Source: Solirubrobacteraceae bacterium | GTDB taxonomy: Bacteria > Actinomycetota > Thermoleophilia > Solirubrobacterales > Solirubrobacteraceae | DNA length: 64,000 nt | Direction: 5' to 3' | NCBI GenBank assembly: GCA_035566955.1 | Contig: DATMPY010000203.1 | Span: 687 to 64,686 of the forward strand | Shown here: one piece after another, positions 1 to 9,405 of the stretch | Position numbering within the stretch: the first letter of the stretch is position 1 | Layout: each line of letters begins with the position of its first letter | The notes under the pieces: model-generated | Database searches by the model: none | Seen by the model: the letters and a program-made list of their open reading frames with translations, nothing else | Told to the model about the DNA's origin: nothing | Program-made: the position numbers and the translations under genes

Positions 1-576
1 CACCGCCTTACTGGCGCCCGCCTCCTCGGCCAGTTCGAGCAACCGCTGCACGCCCGCCTCGTCCCCCGAGACGACGGTCTGCCGGGGGCTGTTGAAGTTG
101 GCGGGCGCCACCGTGCCCGCCTCAGAGGCCGTCTCGCACAGCGCCCGTACGTCCTCAGTCGGCAACCCCACGATCGCCGCCATCCCACCCGGCCGCTCAG
201 CTCCGCAGTTGGCCATCAACCGCCCGCGTAGCGAGACGAGCTCCATCCCCGCCTGCAGGTCGAGCGCGCCCGCGGCGACCGCCGCCGTGTCCTCCCCCAG
301 GCTGTGACCGGCCATGAAGTCGGGCTCCAGGCCCGACTCGCGCGCCAGCTCGTGGATCGCCAGCGAGAGCGCGAACAGCGCCGGCTGGGCCACGTCGGTG
401 CGGGTGAGCTCCTCGATCGGCCCCTCCAGGGCGAGCGCCCGGATCGGCAGCCCGGAGGCTTCATCGGCCAGGGCGAAGTAGCGATCGAACAGCTCGGGGC
501 GCGCGTCGAGCAACTCCGCGCCCATGCCCACCCGCTGCGAGCCCTGCCCGGGGAATACAAATGCCGTTGCACCCAT
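1..576 (-). CDS. fabD: ACP S-malonyltransferase (malonyl-CoA:ACP transacylase), runs off window edge
   Basis: Not in the ORF track. Manual translation from ATG at 576 (GAGGAG upstream) gives MGATAFVFPGQGSQRVGMG...TDVAQPALF...MAGHSLGE...RGRLM...ANFNSPRQTVVSG, the FabD motifs. Confidence 0.93.
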   Translation of the reverse strand, partial: MGATAFVFPGQGSQRVGMGAELLDARPELFDRYFALADEASGLPIRALALEGPIEELTRTDVAQPALFALSLAIHELARESGLEPDFMAGHSLGEDTAAVAAGALDLQAGMELVSLRGRLMANCGAERPGGMAAIVGLPTEDVRALCETASEAGTVAPANFNSPRQTVVSGDEAGVQRLLELAEEAGASKAV

Positions 577-591
577 GTTCAGCGCTCCTCG

Positions 592-1107
592 TTAAGGGCC
601 CGCGCCGGGACCCACGGCGTGGATCTCGCGCAACCGGTTGGTGTCGACGTCATACACGAAGCCGCGCACCGCGTCGCGGTGCAGCAGGAACTGAGATTGG
701 CGGACGCGCAGGATGGATTGGCGCACATCCGCCTCGACATCCGTGAACGACTCGATCGCAAACGCCGGCGCCACACCGGTCGCCTCCTGTAGCTCCGCGC
801 GAAACCCATCGTCGGTCAGCGACTGCATGCCGCAGTCGGTGTGGTGGATCAGCATCACCTCGCATGTGCCCAGCCGTCGCTGGGAGACCGCCAGCGAGCG
901 GATCACATCATCGGTAACCACCCCGCCCGCGTTGCGCAAGATGTGCGCCTCACCGCCGCCCAGACCAAGCGCCGCAAAGACGTCGATGCGCGAGTCCATG
1001 CACGTCACGACGGCCAGCTGGCGGCGGGGGCGAACGTCGAGATGCCCTGTGGGACGCGCGGCCGCGAAGGCCTCGTTGTTGGCGAGCAGCTCGTCGATCG
1101 CGTCCAT
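592..1107 (-). CDS. beta-class carbonic anhydrase
   Basis: CMDSR and HHTDCG zinc ligands, RNAGG, GFVYDV. Confidence 0.93.
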   Translation of the reverse strand: MDAIDELLANNEAFAAARPTGHLDVRPRRQLAVVTCMDSRIDVFAALGLGGGEAHILRNAGGVVTDDVIRSLAVSQRRLGTCEVMLIHHTDCGMQSLTDDGFRAELQEATGVAPAFAIESFTDVEADVRQSILRVRQSQFLLHRDAVRGFVYDVDTNRLREIHAVGPGAGP

Positions 1108-1114
1108 CCACGGC

Positions 1115-1120
1115 AGCCTA
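1115..1120 (-). promoter_or_regulatory. putative -10 element TAGGCT, probable leaderless carbonic anhydrase transcript
   Basis: TANNNT hexamer 7 nt upstream of the ATG at 1107, no RBS. Confidence 0.4.
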
Positions 1121-1200
1121 GCCGGATCTACCGATAGGCTTGCGCCTCGTGGGACCCAGAACGGGTTTTGAAACAGGCGGCGTTCGCCGAGGAGGGTGTC

Positions 1201-1938
1201 ATGGATCTCGGGCTTAGCGGAAAGCGCGCGTTGGTCACAGGCGGCTCGCGCGGCATCGGGCGCGCGCTCGTGCTGGGGCTGGCACAGGGGGGCGCTTCGG
1301 TTGGGGCTTGCTACAACCGGGAGTCCGAGGACGTGGAGCGCCTGCGCGGCGAGCTGGAGCAGGTCGGCGGCGCGAGCTTCCTCGCGCAGGCCGACCTCTC
1401 AGACCCAGCGGCGGCGGAGGGGTTCGTGCAGGACACGAGCGCGCGCTTCGGCGGCCTGGACATCGTCATCAACAACGCCGGCGTGGTCAGTCACGCGATG
1501 ATCGAGCAGCTGACGCTCGCGGAGTGGCACCGGGTGATCGACACCAACCTGACGGCCGTCTACCTCGTGTGTCAGGCCGCCTTGCAGACGATGGGGGAGG
1601 GGGGGTCGATCGTCAACATCACCTCGGCCGTCGCGATGCGCGGCATGCCGGGACGCGTCCACTACATCTCCTCCAAGGCTGGGCTGATTGGGCTGACGCG
1701 TGCCCTGTGCAAGGAGGTGGGTCGGCGGGGCATCCGGGTCAACGCCCTCGCACCCGGCATCATCGAAACCGACCAGACCGGCGAGCTCGACGAGGCCGGC
1801 CGTGCGCGCTACTCCGGCCTCGCCGCGCTCAACCGGCTGGGACGGCCAGAGGAGATCGCGGACGTCGCGCTGTTCCTGGCCAGCGACCACGCGAGCTTCG
1901 TCTCCGGCGTGACGCTGAACGTCGACGGCGGGATCTGA
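1201..1938 (+). CDS. SDR family ketoreductase (FabG-like)
   Basis: TGGSRGIG, NNAG, YISSK; GAGGAGG RBS before ATG 1201. Confidence 0.92.
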   Translation: MDLGLSGKRALVTGGSRGIGRALVLGLAQGGASVGACYNRESEDVERLRGELEQVGGASFLAQADLSDPAAAEGFVQDTSARFGGLDIVINNAGVVSHAMIEQLTLAEWHRVIDTNLTAVYLVCQAALQTMGEGGSIVNITSAVAMRGMPGRVHYISSKAGLIGLTRALCKEVGRRGIRVNALAPGIIETDQTGELDEAGRARYSGLAALNRLGRPEEIADVALFLASDHASFVSGVTLNVDGGI

Positions 1939-2131
1939 CCGTAACGCGGTGCCTCCCGGGTCAAGTCTGCGGTAGTTCCCGGATATATCTCGATGGCGGT
2001 CGACGGATGCGGCGCGTCGGCGCGGGTCGTAGGTTGTAAGTTCTACGGGGTCTTGGGACGTGACCCTGGATGAGCCGTTCAATCGCGCCGGTTCGGCGTA
2101 CAGCGTAAGCTCGAATCAAGGGGGGACTTCG

Positions 2132-5100
2132 ATGTCATCGGAGACGGAGTTGCCGAGCGGGGGTGTGACGGGGCGCCTGATCGCCTTCTACATCGCCTTG
2201 GCCGCGCTCTTGGCCGTCGTGCTGGTCGTCGTCATCGACCGGGGCGCCAGCGAGAAAGCGCTTCCTGCGATCGCCGGGGGATACGTCGCAAGCGCCCCGA
2301 GCACCTGTCTCGGTCCGGCCCCCGCGCCCGTGGGCGGGGCTCCACTGCCCCCGACCGCGCCCACCCAGCTGCCCCCGCCAGGACCTGCGTTCAGTGTCAA
2401 CCAGTCCGGGCAGTTCGTCAACCTGACCAACAACCAGCGCACGCTGGGTGGGCAGCTGCGCCTGCATCCCGGCGCCTCCGCCGCCGGTGCACACCGCCTC
2501 ACGGGAACGGTCAACTGTGTCTCCGGTAAGCAGCAGACCCTCAGCGCCCTCGTGGTGCCCGGCGTGAAGGGCTCAATCGCCGGCACCCTCGGAGGGGCCA
2601 CGTTCGCGGCTGTCCTCAAGTCCCCTCCGCCCGCCCCCGGCGCGGCGCTGCCGCGCGCGCCGGTCGGTATCGCCGGCAAGTATGGGCTGTCCCCAACGTC
2701 GACTTGCTTTGGCAGCTCATTCACCCTGAACGGCAGCGGATCCAGCTACACCCTCGTCGCTGCCAATCACACGCTCGGACGTCTTGCCTACACGAAAAAG
2801 ACGAGCTCCGTCAGCGGAGATGTCGCGTGCACCAAAGGCGGCTCCGTGCGCCTGACTGCGACCGCAAACGACATCCTGCTGCAGAACGTGAAGCTGATCC
2901 CGCTCCAGGTTGCCACGCCAGTTCTGTCCTCTGCCAAGCCGCCCGCCAAGCCGACGCAGAGTTTCTTTGCGAAGCTGGCCGCCAAACCAGCGCTGATCAC
3001 TCCCTCGGGTCTCCCCCCGGCGGGCGAGCAGTTCACCGCGACCAAACAGCGCAGCGCGTTTACCAAGCTCGTGGCGGCGTTCTTCCTGGCCGTCCTGATC
3101 GTGCTGATCGTCGCGCGGCTGTTTGGGATGGTCGCGGTGAGGGTCGGCCAGCCGCGCGTGATGGGGGAGGTGATCGCGGGGATCGCCCTCGGCCCGTCGC
3201 TGTTCGGCGTGATCGCGCCCAACCTGCAGGCGACGATCTTCTCGACCGACATCCTCCCGGCGTTCGGTGTGGCCGCCAACCTCGGACTGATCTTCTTCAT
3301 GTTCCTGATCGGCATGGAGGTCGACCAGAAACAGCTCAAGGGGAAGGCCGCTCCCGCCGCGGCGATCTCCAACGCGAGTATCGCGCTGCCGATGCTGCTC
3401 GGCATCGCCGCCGCGCTGCCGCTGTACAAGCTCCTGGGGCCGAACATCAAGTTCGCCGCCTTCGCGCTGTTCATGGGCGTGGCGATGTCGATCACAGCTT
3501 TCCCAGTGCTCGCGCGGATTCTCACCGAGCGCCGGATGCTCAAGAGCCCGGTCGGCTCGTTGACGATCGGCTGCGCCGCGATCGACGACGTCAGCGCCTG
3601 GTTCTTGATCGCGCTCGCGACCACGATCGCCGTCTCGGGCTCGTTTGGCGTCGTCGCACGGACGATCGCCGAGGCGGTCGCGTTCGTGCTCGTGATGGCG
3701 ATCCTCGTGCGGCGGATCCTGGCGCGCATGGCGACCGCCTTCGACGAGGTCGGGCAGATCCCCTCCGGGTGGTTCGCCGCGATCGTCATCGGCGTACTGC
3801 TGTCGGCGTACATAACCGAAGCGATCAACATCGACGTGATCTTCGGCGGCTTCATCATGGGGATGGTGATGCCCCGCCACGCGCGCCTCACCGAGGAGGT
3901 CACGCGCCGCGTCGAGGACTTCGTCGTCACGCTGCTGCTGCCGCTGTTCTTCGTCTACACGGGGCTGAAGACGAACATCACGCTGCTCGACCGTCCCGAG
4001 CTGTGGCTCATCACCGTAGGCCTCATCGGACTCGCGATCGTCGGCAAGCTCGCTGGCGCCGCGATCGCCGCGCGCGTGTGCGGCTTCGACTCGCGCGCCT
4101 CGTTGGTGATCGGCACGCTGATGAACACCCGTGGGCTGACCGAGCTGATCGTGCTCAACATCGCACTCGAAGTCGGCGCGATCTCCAGCATCCTGTTCAC
4201 GGCGCTCGTGATCATGGCGATTGTCACCACGCTGATGACGGGTCCGTTGCTGAAACTGCTCGACCCGCGCAACGAGTACGGAACCAAGCTCGAGGACGAG
4301 CTCGCCGGCGCGGCGGCAGCAGCCGCCCGCGAGCATCCCGATCTACCGGTGGCGGAGCGCGCGATCCTCGTCGCCTCGCACACCGACGCGGCGCTCGAGC
4401 GCCTGATCGAGCTGGCGGAGCCGCTGGCGCGCACGGCGCCGCAGCGCGAGCTGATCCTCACCCGTCTCGTGGAGCCACCTCGCGGCGCCGGCGTGCGCGG
4501 CGGTCTGCAGACCGAGAACCTGCAGCTCGAACGGGCCTCGCAGGCGATCGCCGAGGCCCGCGAGCGCCTGGCCGCGGATGGAGTGCTCGCCAGAGGCGTC
4601 GCGCTGAGCTCCAGCCGTCCCGGCGCGGATCTCGCGCACGTCGCCGCCCGCGAGCCGGTCGACCTCGTGCTGACCGAGGGGCGCCGGCGCTTGATCGGCG
4701 AGAGCGTGCCGCTCGGGGACGTGAGCGTGCTGCTCGAACAGGCCGAGTGCGACGTCGCCGTGCTCGTCGCGCGGGAGAGCGCGCCGGTGAGCCTCGGGCC
4801 GGAAAGCCCGGTGCTCGTGCCGTTCGGCGGCGCCGAGCACGACTGGGCCGCCCTGGAGCTCGGCTCCTGGCTCTCCTCGGCCACGGGCGCCCCGCTCAAG
4901 CTCCTCGGCGCCGGCGGGCAGACCGATGAGGGCAAGTCGGTCACCCGGATGCTCGCCGACGCCAGCCTGCTCGTGCAGCAGACGACCGGCATCGCGACCG
5001 AGCCGCTGGTTACGGCCGGCGGGCGCGACGGCATCGTGTCGGCCGCGGCCGGCGCCGGCCTGCTGGTGATCGGCCTCTCCGAGCGTTGGCGGCGCGAGGG

Positions 5101-5248
5101 CCTCGGGCCGACCCGCTCGGAGATCGCGAAGGCCGCTCCCGCTCCGGTGCTGTTCGTTCGCCGCGGCACCCGTGAAGGTCTGTTTGCGCAGCGCGAGAAT
5201 GTCACCCAGTTCAACTGGTCGATGGCGGGGCGGACCTTGGTGAAATAA
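2132..5248 (+). CDS. cation:proton antiporter (CPA2) with ~300 aa N-terminal extracytoplasmic region and C-terminal USP-like domains
   Basis: GQPRVMGEVIAGIALGPS, TAFPVLARIL, MNTRGLTELIVL; many TM helices; C-terminal PVLFVR USP-like end. Start could be 2060. Confidence 0.88.
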   Translation: MSSETELPSGGVTGRLIAFYIALAALLAVVLVVVIDRGASEKALPAIAGGYVASAPSTCLGPAPAPVGGAPLPPTAPTQLPPPGPAFSVNQSGQFVNLTNNQRTLGGQLRLHPGASAAGAHRLTGTVNCVSGKQQTLSALVVPGVKGSIAGTLGGATFAAVLKSPPPAPGAALPRAPVGIAGKYGLSPTSTCFGSSFTLNGSGSSYTLVAANHTLGRLAYTKKTSSVSGDVACTKGGSVRLTATANDILLQNVKLIPLQVATPVLSSAKPPAKPTQSFFAKLAAKPALITPSGLPPAGEQFTATKQRSAFTKLVAAFFLAVLIVLIVARLFGMVAVRVGQPRVMGEVIAGIALGPSLFGVIAPNLQATIFSTDILPAFGVAANLGLIFFMFLIGMEVDQKQLKGKAAPAAAISNASIALPMLLGIAAALPLYKLLGPNIKFAAFALFMGVAMSITAFPVLARILTERRMLKSPVGSLTIGCAAIDDVSAWFLIALATTIAVSGSFGVVARTIAEAVAFVLVMAILVRRILARMATAFDEVGQIPSGWFAAIVIGVLLSAYITEAINIDVIFGGFIMGMVMPRHARLTEEVTRRVEDFVVTLLLPLFFVYTGLKTNITLLDRPELWLITVGLIGLAIVGKLAGAAIAARVCGFDSRASLVIGTLMNTRGLTELIVLNIALEVGAISSILFTALVIMAIVTTLMTGPLLKLLDPRNEYGTKLEDELAGAAAAAAREHPDLPVAERAILVASHTDAALERLIELAEPLARTAPQRELILTRLVEPPRGAGVRGGLQTENLQLERASQAIAEARERLAADGVLARGVALSSSRPGADLAHVAAREPVDLVLTEGRRRLIGESVPLGDVSVLLEQAECDVAVLVARESAPVSLGPESPVLVPFGGAEHDWAALELGSWLSSATGAPLKLLGAGGQTDEGKSVTRMLADASLLVQQTTGIATEPLVTAGGRDGIVSAAAGAGLLVIGLSERWRREGLGPTRSEIAKAAPAPVLFVRRGTREGLFAQRENVTQFNWSMAGRTLVK

Positions 5249-5332
5249 GTCGGGCGGGCAGCGGGCAAAGCCTCCACTGGTCGACCGACTAGCAGGCAGG
5301 CCGCCAGGAGTCGGGCATCGGCCTCCGCGCTA

Positions 5333-6934
5333 TCAGGCAGGCAGCGGCAGCAAGGCGGTCACTCGGGTCGGCCCGCCCGCCGCTGAGCTCAGCGAGAGCT
5401 CCCCGCCGAGGAGATCGGCGCGTTCGCGCATCCCGATCAGCCCGAATCCCTCGCTCGGTCCACCCGGCACGAAGCCGCAGCCGTCATCCTGCACTGTCAC
5501 CTCCACGCTCCGGTGCAGCTGCCTGACCCGGAGCGTCGCCTGCTCGGCCTTCGCGTGCCTGGCGACGTTGCTGAGCGCCTCCTGGACGATCCGGTAGATG
5601 GCGTCCTCGATCTCGCGCGGGCGTTCGCGCACGCCGAACTCGATGCTCATGTCGAGCGCGAAGCCCGCCGCGGCCGCCTGGCGCTTTGCCAGTGACTCGA
5701 TCGCGGGGCCCAGCCCGAGATCGTCCAGGGCTGCTGGGCGCAGCTCGGTAATCAGATCGCGGAGACTGCGCATCTCGACACCGATGTGCACGTCCGCCGT
5801 CTCGGCGGCGCGCCGGAGTGCACGGGGATCGTCGCGGGCGAGCCCCGCCGCAAGAACCATCCGGGCGCCGGTCAAGCCCTGCAATGTCTGATCGTGCAGC
5901 TCCCGCGCCCAGCGAGCTCGCGCCTGCTCGGCCGCGTCGATGCTCAGCCGCAGTCGCTCGGCGGCAACCGAGCGCGCGGTCGCCACAGCGGTGGCCGCGC
6001 TGGCCGCGACCGCCATAAGCAGCTGCTCGTCCTCTTCCCCGAAGGCGCGTCCATCGGCGCGGTCGATCCCCACCAGCACCCCGAGCGTCTCGCCACGGAA
6101 GATCAGGGGTACCAGCAGCGCATTGCTGGCGCTGGGCATCAGCTGATCGAGCCGGCGCGGCCGATCCTCACTCCCGGCGCGCAGCGGCCGCCCGCTCAAC
6201 AGCACCTCCCCCGCCAACGAGCCGCGCAGGGGCATGCGCAGCTGCTCCTCGGAGTGCCGTTGCTCTCCCGAGCGCGCGTCGCAGGTGACCGCCACCAGCT
6301 CCTCGCCCTCGGGCAGGCATACGAGCAGCCTGCGAGCGGCCACCACCTCGCGTCCATGGGCAAGGATCAGCGACAGGACCCGCTCGAGGTCCGTCTCGCC
6401 GCCGACTGCGCGAGCGATCTCGGCAAACGCTTCGAGCCGCTCGACGCTCTGCGCGAGCTGCTGATTGGCGCGCTCGAGCTGGTCGGCATAGAGCGATAGA
6501 TGGCGCTGCGCGCGCCGGCGCCCGGCGATGTCATCGCGCAGCCGGTCAGAGAAGCGTCCCACCACCGCGCCGCTCACCAGCAGGGCCGCCCCGCGCGCCG
6601 TGTACCCGAGCACGCCCAGGTGAACGGTCTGCAGCGCGCTCCAGGCAAACACCAGCCCGAGTGCCAGCGCCGCGGCGAGCACGCCGGCGCGTGTGCCGAA
6701 CTCGATCGCCAGCAATGCGATCGGCACGACGTAGAAATTGGCGATCAGGACACCTGGGTCCTTGATGGCCAGACGCGCGGCGAACGTGACCGCGAACAGC
6801 ACCGCGGCTACCGCGAGAACCACGAGTCGGCGGGCGTGGGACGGCCTCTGCCCCGCGCTGCTGTTGAGGTTCTCGAGTACCCGACGCTCAGCCGCCTCGA
6901 AGGCCAGCTGCTGGGCGCGCGCGGTGGTGCTCAT
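5333..6934 (-). CDS. membrane GAF-domain sensor histidine kinase (HisKA_3/NarX type)
   Basis: N-terminal TMs, GAF, WARELHD, IVQEALSNVARH, DDGCGF, GFGLIGMRER; ATGA overlap with the regulator stop codon. Confidence 0.92.
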   Translation of the reverse strand: MSTTARAQQLAFEAAERRVLENLNSSAGQRPSHARRLVVLAVAAVLFAVTFAARLAIKDPGVLIANFYVVPIALLAIEFGTRAGVLAAALALGLVFAWSALQTVHLGVLGYTARGAALLVSGAVVGRFSDRLRDDIAGRRRAQRHLSLYADQLERANQQLAQSVERLEAFAEIARAVGGETDLERVLSLILAHGREVVAARRLLVCLPEGEELVAVTCDARSGEQRHSEEQLRMPLRGSLAGEVLLSGRPLRAGSEDRPRRLDQLMPSASNALLVPLIFRGETLGVLVGIDRADGRAFGEEDEQLLMAVAASAATAVATARSVAAERLRLSIDAAEQARARWARELHDQTLQGLTGARMVLAAGLARDDPRALRRAAETADVHIGVEMRSLRDLITELRPAALDDLGLGPAIESLAKRQAAAAGFALDMSIEFGVRERPREIEDAIYRIVQEALSNVARHAKAEQATLRVRQLHRSVEVTVQDDGCGFVPGGPSEGFGLIGMRERADLLGGELSLSSAAGGPTRVTALLPLPA

Positions 6935-7587
6935 CGGTGGATGACCCCGTGCTCCAGCGCGTAGCGGACGAGCTCCGGTCTGCCGCTCACACCGAGCTTG
7001 TGCTGCAGGTTGGCCCGATGTGTCTCGACCGTGCGCGGGCTGATGTACATCTGCTTGGCGATCTCCGTGTTGGTGTGGCCAAGCGCCACCAGGCGCAGCA
7101 CCTCGAGCTCCCGCTCGCTCAGCACCGCGGTGCTCCCGCCCGCAAGGGCCCACCCGCCGATCGCCGGATCCAGATACCTCCCGCCTTTGCTGACCATGCG
7201 GATCGCACGCACCAGCTCCGCACGCGAGGACTCCTTCAAAACGTAACCCGCTGCTCCCGCCGAGGAGGCCTGCTGCGCAAACGCGGGATCGTCGTCCATC
7301 GTCAGAATCACGATGGCGGTCGCGGGTGACGCGCTGCGCAACATGGACAACATGCCCAGGCTGAGCTTGCGGCCCATGTGGAGATCGAGCAGGAGCACGC
7401 TCGGGGCTCGATCGCGCATCAGCGCGTGGGTCTCCTCCAGAGCGCTGGCCTCGCCGACGACGGCAAAGTCGGCCTCGGCCTCCAGCATCATCCGCAGCCC
7501 GTCCCGCACGACCGCGTGATCGTCTGCGATTACGATCGTAAGGGGGGCGTCAACTCCCGTTACGGCCGATCGAGGCCGGAGCGACAA
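6931..7587 (-). CDS. NarL/LuxR family response regulator
   Basis: IADDHAVVRDG, LLDLHM, GYVLK, LSERELEVL...ISPRTVETHRANLQHKL. Start uncertain (TTG at 7587). Confidence 0.9.
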   Translation of the reverse strand: MSLRPRSAVTGVDAPLTIVIADDHAVVRDGLRMMLEAEADFAVVGEASALEETHALMRDRAPSVLLLDLHMGRKLSLGMLSMLRSASPATAIVILTMDDDPAFAQQASSAGAAGYVLKESSRAELVRAIRMVSKGGRYLDPAIGGWALAGGSTAVLSERELEVLRLVALGHTNTEIAKQMYISPRTVETHRANLQHKLGVSGRPELVRYALEHGVIHR

Positions 7588-7591
7588 AGCA

Positions 7592-7948
7592 CTACGAGGA
7601 CTTTGTGAGCCCCTCACCCGCCTCATCGACCGAGTAGGTGCCGTTGAAGATCTCCCCCGTGAATAGGTGCAGCTGGAAGTTCTCGGGTTCGTGGGCGTCC
7701 TCGAAGAACTCCCCGAAGCGTTTGATCGCCTGCAGGTGGTACTCCGCCTCGGTGCTGGCCAGCAGCTCATCCTCGCCTTCCCAGAAAGTGATCGAGAGCG
7801 CCTTGCCCGTATCGCGGTCGACAAGCGAAAGTGCACCCTTGAACCCTTCGCGCGCCATCGTGACCGGAAGGACGTTCTCGTACCACAGTTTGAGGCCCTC
7901 TTGCACCCGTCCCTCGGGCGCCTGGACGTGCGTCACGCGACAGAACAC
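7592..7948 (-). CDS. ABM-fold (dimeric alpha/beta barrel) protein
   Basis: 118 aa, GFKGALSLVDRDTGKALSITFWE pattern. Confidence 0.75.
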   Translation of the reverse strand: MFCRVTHVQAPEGRVQEGLKLWYENVLPVTMAREGFKGALSLVDRDTGKALSITFWEGEDELLASTEAEYHLQAIKRFGEFFEDAHEPENFQLHLFTGEIFNGTYSVDEAGEGLTKSS

Positions 7949-8084
7949 ATGATCCCCCTTGCGTGGGTTTTGGACGAGATCGAAGCTCGCGCCGATCCTA
8001 CCGCTCCGCTAACCAGATGGGTGCTCGGGTGGGGGCACCCGTGCAGCTATCGGGGGTGCGCTCAGGCATGTAGGATCTCCCTCG

Positions 8085-8390
8085 ATGGTCCGCGCGACCC
8101 TGCACATGAAGGTCAAGGACGGTCGCGGGCCGGACTTCGAGCGGGCCTGGCGGGCGATCGCCGATCAGGTTCGGGTCGTCCCGGGGAACATCCGCCAGAC
8201 GCTTGCGCGCGACCCCGAGGACCCCGACAGCTTTGTCGTGACCAGCGATTGGAGCAGCAGGGAGGTGTTTGGGGAGTTCGAGCGCAGCCCGGAGCAGGAC
8301 GAGCTGACGGCGCCGCTGCGCGAGCTGCGCTCCTCGGCGCGCATGACGGTGCATGACGTACTCATCAATATCGACGGAGGGGCTAGCTGA
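8085..8390 (+). CDS. antibiotic biosynthesis monooxygenase family protein
   Basis: FERAW...PGNIRQTL...FVVTSDW pattern; TAGGAT -10 about 8 nt upstream. Confidence 0.85.
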   Translation: MVRATLHMKVKDGRGPDFERAWRAIADQVRVVPGNIRQTLARDPEDPDSFVVTSDWSSREVFGEFERSPEQDELTAPLRELRSSARMTVHDVLINIDGGAS

Positions 8391-8716
8391 TGGCCGCACG
8401 TGTAATGGTTTTCGCCAAGATCAACCGCGAGGACGCCGACGCGTTCGAGGCGGCGTATGCGCAGGTCACCGCCACCGTGAAGGGCACGGCCGGGCACATC
8501 GGCGACGAACTGCTGCGCCGCCGCGAGCCAGCGGACCCCACTGAGGAGCCGCTCAGCTACATCCTCTTGAGCGAGTGGGAGAGCAAGGACGCTTTCCTGG
8601 CGTGGGAGGAGTCGCTCGCCCACGTCGCCAAGCGCTCGCCGATGCACCCCTACTGGGCGGGGACGAACGAACGGATCATCTACGACGTCGCCCACACGAT
8701 CAAGCCGAGCGCCTGA
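8390..8716 (+). CDS. antibiotic biosynthesis monooxygenase family protein
   Basis: FEAAY...GHIGDELL...YILLSEWES; TGATG coupling with the upstream gene. Confidence 0.85.
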   Translation: MAARVMVFAKINREDADAFEAAYAQVTATVKGTAGHIGDELLRRREPADPTEEPLSYILLSEWESKDAFLAWEESLAHVAKRSPMHPYWAGTNERIIYDVAHTIKPSA

Positions 8717-8725
8717 GGGGGCCTT

Positions 8726-9034
8726 ATGTACGCGCGAGTCAACACCACCGAGTGGAACCCCGAGCAGGTCGATGCCGGCATGCGGCTGACAGAGGAGAAG
8801 ATCATCCCCGCCTATCAGGAGCACCCGGGCTTTCGCGGCTACATCCTGCTGACCGAGCCCGACGGCGGTCCGCATGCGGTCGCAATCACGCTGTGGGACA
8901 GCGAGGAGACCAGGGAGTCGAGCGCTGGGATCGCACGCGCGATGGTCGGGGAGCTCAAGGACATCCTGCAGGCGCCGCCCAAAACCGACCACTACGACGT
9001 GCGCTTCTACGTGCAGGGAGAAGGGGGTGTGTGA
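8726..9034 (+). CDS. ABM-fold protein
   Basis: PGFRGYILL...AITLWDS; resembles 7592..7948. Confidence 0.75.
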   Translation: MYARVNTTEWNPEQVDAGMRLTEEKIIPAYQEHPGFRGYILLTEPDGGPHAVAITLWDSEETRESSAGIARAMVGELKDILQAPPKTDHYDVRFYVQGEGGV

Positions 9035-9405
9035 TGGCGCAGTACTGGGCACTCATGTGGGACATCAAGCCGGGATCGCAGGACGCGGTTCGACAGGCGT
9101 TCAAGGAATACGGTCGGCCCGACCACGCCGTTCGCGACGAGGACGGCAACGATGTCGGAACGCTGCTCAGCACGCAGGTGTTCATGAAGGGCAACACCGT
9201 GATCAGGGTGGTCGAGACTACCGATGACGTGCCCCTGCCGGTGCTCGGACAGCACATGGGTCGCCAGCCGGCGATCCGCGAGCTGGAGGATAAGCTCGAT
9301 CAGTACGTCGCCGAGCCGCGGGACATGTCCACCAGCGAGGGCGCGCGGGAGTTCTTCATGAAGAGCACGATGGAGCTGCTGGTGACGCGGCGGCACGACG
9401 AATGA
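9034..9405 (+). CDS. SchA/CurD-like domain protein (WhiE ORF I-related)
   Basis: IKPGS...LLSTQVFMKGNTVIRVVE...MGRQP...E...PRD...FF pattern; ATG 9034 overlaps the upstream TGA. Confidence 0.8.
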   Translation: MAQYWALMWDIKPGSQDAVRQAFKEYGRPDHAVRDEDGNDVGTLLSTQVFMKGNTVIRVVETTDDVPLPVLGQHMGRQPAIRELEDKLDQYVAEPRDMSTSEGAREFFMKSTMELLVTRRHDE

